Part shown: piece by piece, positions 59,952 to 64,000 of the stretch | Layout of the letters: the number at the start of each line of letters is the position of its first letter | Numbering within the stretch: the stretch's first letter is position 1 | Assembly: GCF_046119375.1 (NCBI RefSeq) | Contig: NW_027362772.1 | Span: 252,712,001 to 252,776,000, forward strand | DNA: 64,000 nucleotides | Origin: Phyllobates terribilis | Lineage: Eukaryota | Direction of reading: 5' to 3' | Program-made: the position numbers and the translations under genes | The notes under the pieces: generated by a model | What the model saw: only the letters and a program-made list of their open reading frames with translations | What the model was told of the DNA's origin: nothing | Database searches by the model: none

Positions 59952-61578
59952 CAGTACAGACCAAAAGTTTGGACACACCTTCTCATTTAAAGATTTTTCT
60001 GTATTTTCATGACTTTGAAAAATGTACATTCACACTGAAGGCATTAAAACTATGAATTAACACATGTGGAATTATATACTTAACAAAAAAGTGTGAAACA
60101 ACTGAAAATATGTCTTATATTCTAGGTTCTTCAAAGTAGCCACCTTTTGCTTTGATGACTGCTTTGCACACTCTTGGCATTCTCTTGATGAGCTTCAAGA
60201 GGTAGTCACCAGAAATGGTTTTCACTTCACAGGTGTGCCCTGTCAGGTTTAATAAGTGGGATTTCTTGCCTTATAAATGGGGTTGGGACCATCAGTTGTG
60301 TTGTGCAGAAGTCTGGTGGATACACAGCTGATAGTCCTACTGAATAGACTGTTCGAATTTGTATTATGGAAAGAAAAAGCAGCTAAGTACAGAAAAACGA
60401 GTGGCCATCATTACTTTAAGAAATGAAGGTCAGTCAGTCCGAAAAATAGGGCAAACTTTGAAAGTGTCCACAAGTGCAGTTGCAAAAACCATCAAGCGCT
60501 ACAAAGAAACTGTCTCACATGAGGACCGCCCCAGGAAAGGAAGACCAAGAGTCACCTCCGCTTCTGAGGATAAGTTTATCCAAGTCACCAGCCTCAGAAA
60601 TCTCAGGTTAAGAGCAGCTCAGATTAGAGACCAGGTCATTGCCACACAGAGTTCTAGCAGCAGACACATCTCTACAACAACTGTTAAGAGGAGACTTTGT
60701 GCAGCAGGCCTTCATGGTAAAATAGCTGCTAGGAAACCACTGCTAAGGACAGGCAACAAGCAAAAGAGACTTGTTTGGGCTAAAGAACACAAGGAATGGA
60801 CATTAGACCAGTGGAAATCTGTGCTTTGGTCTGATGAGTCCAAATTTGAGATCTTTGGTTCCAACCACCGTGTCTTTGTGCAACGCAGAAAAGGTGAACG
60901 GATGGACTCTACATGCCTGGTTCCCACCGTGAAGCATGGAGGAGGAGGTGTGATGGTGTGGGGGTGCTTTACTGGTGACACTGTTGGGAATTTATTCAAA
61001 ATTCAAGGCATACTGAACCAGCATGGCTACCACAGCATCTTGCAGCGGCATGCTATTCCATCCGGTTTGCGTTTAGTTGGACCATCATTTATTTTTCAAC
61101 AGGACAATGACCCCAAACACACCTCCAGGCTGTGTAAGGGCTATTTGACCAAGAGGGAGAGTGATGGGGTGCTACGCCAGATGACCTGGCCTCCACAGTC
61201 ACCAGACCTGAACCCAATCGAGATGGTTTGGGGTGAGCTGGACCGCAGAGTGAAGGCAAAAGGGCCAACAAGTGCTAAGCATCTCTGGGAACTCCTTCAA
61301 GATTGTTGGAAGACCATTTCCGGTGACTACCTCTTGAAGCTCATCAAGAGAATGCCAAGAGTGTGCAAAGCAGTCATGAAAGCAAAAGGTGGCTACTTTG
61401 AAGAACCTAGAATTTAAGACATATTTTCAGTTGTTTCACACTTTTTTGTTAAGTATATAATTCCACATGTGTTAATTCATAGTTTTGATGCCTTCAGTGT
61501 GAATGCACAATTTTCAGTCATGAAAATACAGAAAAATCTTTAAATGAGAAGGTGTGTCCAAACTTTTGGTCTGTACTG
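59952..61578 (+). mobile_element. Tc1-superfamily element, DD38E spacing (Intruder-like), full length
   Basis: TA TSD 59950-51 and 61579-80; ~267-bp TIRs 59952-60219 and 61313-61578 starting CAGTACAGACCAAAAGTTTGG. Confidence 0.96.
60359..61417 (+). CDS. DD38E transposase; reading frame open but natural ATG (60366) is out of frame by one base
   Basis: RKGRPR, VLWSDES, QQDNDP...38 aa...PIEMVW. Confidence 0.88.
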   Translation: MYYGKKKQLSTEKRVAIITLRNEGQSVRKIGQTLKVSTSAVAKTIKRYKETVSHEDRPRKGRPRVTSASEDKFIQVTSLRNLRLRAAQIRDQVIATQSSSSRHISTTTVKRRLCAAGLHGKIAARKPLLRTGNKQKRLVWAKEHKEWTLDQWKSVLWSDESKFEIFGSNHRVFVQRRKGERMDSTCLVPTVKHGGGGVMVWGCFTGDTVGNLFKIQGILNQHGYHSILQRHAIPSGLRLVGPSFIFQQDNDPKHTSRLCKGYLTKRESDGVLRQMTWPPQSPDLNPIEMVWGELDRRVKAKGPTSAKHLWELLQDCWKTISGDYLLKLIKRMPRVCKAVMKAKGGYFEEPRI

Positions 61579-61630
61579 TAGGTATGACTTTACTAATGTT
61601 ATGTGACTTTGATACTTGGAATCTGTAGAC

Positions 61631-61823
61631 CAATGTTTCCCAAATTTCAGTCCACTTGGCGCCCAACAAATCATTTTTTCAGGATTTCCTTAGTATTGCA
61701 CAGGTGATAGAATTATTATCAAGTCATCAAAAGTTGCCACAGGTTCTCTCACCTGAGCAATAAGGGAATCCTGAAAACATGACTGATTGGGGGGCCATGA
61801 GGAGTGGAGTATGGGAAACACTG
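61631..61823. mobile_element. hAT-like MITE
   Basis: CAATGTTTCCCA / TGGGAAACACTG termini; internal inverted segment; TSD not clean. Confidence 0.5.
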
Positions 61824-61993
61824 TACTGTAGAGTATAATATTTCTGATGTTTTGGTGGTGGCGACCCTGTATAGCATTGTTATGGGATGGTTATAAGGTG
61901 AATGTATGGCATTATACTGTATGATTCTTATAATTATTAATTAAGAATTGTAAGGTATGATTTTTCTACAAGTGTCCGGACATTATGGAGAAG

Positions 61994-62270
61994 TTGGTAA
62001 AAAGTGGGTTAGTATGGTACATAGAGTGAGCATTTTAGTGGAAGGATCTACAGACTCATTGGTACAATTTCATCAAGATTTTTCATAAAGGATACTTTCA
62101 TTTCCTCTCATAATGTTGAAGAATCTTCATGACTTTTCTTAGCTCCCATTGTCTCTAAGAGAAACCGCTTTGAAAACGAACCGAATAACTTAATCGTTAA
62201 TCCATAGTTTTAGCTTTATATCAACATATTTGGAATAGTCTCGCATTTACGACCCTACAATGGATGGCTA
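61994..62270 (-). pseudogene. Degenerate Penelope-like RT fragment, copy B
   Basis: Similar to 53265-53545; translation with stops LYVPY*PTFY. Confidence 0.35.
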
Positions 62271-62289
62271 TAACTAGAAATAAGAAAAT

Positions 62290-62946
62290 TGTTCCATATC
62301 TAAATGAATTTGCAACAAATTTTCACAAAAATTTTGGATTATTGCGAATCCCAAATTGCTGTGATGCGATTCGCACAAATCCAGCAAAATAATGGTAAAC
62401 GGGACACATTTTTGCAGTTTTCTTTTGAGGACCAACAAGGGTTTAAAATAAACTACATTATATTCACCTGTGTTAAACCCTCACCCGTCCTTATATCGCT
62501 TCTGCATCAACTCCCCAATCCTGTGAGCCAGTCTTCTGTTCCATCGGTACTGAGACCAGTCATGGGCTTCGAGTGGTCACGTGGGGTACATTGACGTCAA
62601 TGAGGTGCGTCACCTCCCTACTTGACTTCGTCAGCCCAATCACTGGCTTCAACACTTGAAGGAAGCACTGGAAGAATCAAAAACCGGCATGGGGATCTAG
62701 AGAGACATGCGTTGGGGGAGGCAGCATATGGACAGGTAAGGGCTAGGACAGGTGAGTATAATTTATCTCATTTTTCCACCCATTCCCTCCCATCTATTTA
62801 TTATCCTTTGGGATATGGAGAGACCTCAGAGCATAATAAGCATTTCACGTCGATTTGGCAACTTTAAAGTTGGACGAATGTTATTCAGACTGGACCAATT
62901 GAACAAATTTGACCAACACAAATTTTACGAGATTTGCTCATCTCTA
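62290..62946. mobile_element. Eroded hAT-type element
   Basis: Right end GCTCATCTCTA identical to the TIR at 59747-57; left end not found. Confidence 0.4.
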
Positions 62947-63004
62947 CAGTAGTACAAAGAAAATCCCAACTACCTCAACACATGGTTGGTGTTCAGCAAA
63001 TAAG

Positions 63005-63295
63005 AAGGGATGAAAGAGTTACAGCACCCACTATCTAATGTATATAAAATCGTCTTTTATTAAATAATCCAACAGGCAAGACACAAGTGCAAAAAATGCA
63101 ACGCGTTTCGGATCACTTTAGAACCTTCTTCATAGCAAATGAATGCTATGAATTACTGTGAATTAGGATAATGAGTGATCCGAAACGCGTTGCATTTTTT
63201 GCATCTATGTTTTGCTTGTTTACCGTGGATTATTTAAAAAAAAAAAAAAGCCGATACTACATTAGATCATGGAAGCTGGAACTCTTTCATCCTTT
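63005..63295. mobile_element. Inverted pair of Penelope-like terminal fragments with hammerhead-like motifs
   Basis: Arms 63005-63118 and 63174-63295 are diverged reverse complements; each carries CCGAAACGCGTTGCA. Confidence 0.6.
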
Positions 63296-64000
63296 CTCAT
63301 TTGCTCATATCTAAATATAACATAGCAGGGCATTCATAATTATCACTATCCAAAATTATTATGTCCGGAATATATGACGATACCAAATGTATCATCTAAA
63401 TCTCATTTCCTTTTTAAAATATTAGTTTTTTCGGATCATCCTAAAAGTACGAATTATAAGTAGATTTTCCATGGAAGGCTAATACATCTGGTACTATGAA
63501 TGACACAATCCCCACGACCTCGACCGGCCGTGGGTGGACATCTGAATATCTTCTCTCGCAGATGGAGCCCACACTGCTCCTTGTAACTTATCTTCTATGG
63601 AATCTTTTAAGAGATTTTACTAAGCAAACACGAATCTCACTGAGAGGAACAGGTGCAGGAAACCTGAGGTCTGGATAAGATTTTGTTCAAAGACTCTAAA
63701 TTCCTTCATTTTCTTCTAGAAAGCATTTCTTACAAATCAACGACTGGGAGTGAAAATGCAAATAAATAGAAAAAAGGATCAAAAGATTGTGTCATCACGG
63801 TAATAAAGGACGGCAATACAGTAGTGAAGTATTAAATCTGGCGCACAACCAAATCTGAGTTAGAAAAAAAAAAGCAAAACATTAAATTTATTTTTATTTA
63901 TGTATATCATTGCCAATTTATTGGTCATCATATATGAAATATATGGGACAAAGAAAATCTTTCTTTAGAAAAACATCATTATTAGATCGATGGGGTCTGA

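Overview
Vertebrate genomic DNA, most likely anuran amphibian judging by the TE repertoire (inference). It is almost entirely a nested transposable-element landscape, and I could not support any host-gene exon. DNA transposons: four Tc1-superfamily elements (DD35E, two DD34E, DD38E), a 5.5-kb non-coding hAT element that is a multi-level palindrome, and several MITEs. Retroelements: a young 5'-truncated CR1 with an 8-bp TSD, two decayed Tf1/Sushi-type chromoviruses, a near-intact tRNA-Ser-primed Ty3/Gypsy element, solo LTRs and Penelope-like remnants. There are also three minisatellites. The most unusual object is a 2-kb chromovirus derivative at 23218-25199. It keeps both LTRs, PBS, PPT and a 5-bp TSD, but its interior is a ~550-bp-arm inverted duplication of RT/LTR sequence, making it a candidate hairpin-RNA (Mu-killer-like) locus. 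The chromovirus PBSs are not tRNA-complementary. They pair with the predicted 5' end of their own transcript and show a compensatory base change between the two families, which supports self-priming. All counts were made by eye and are approximate.
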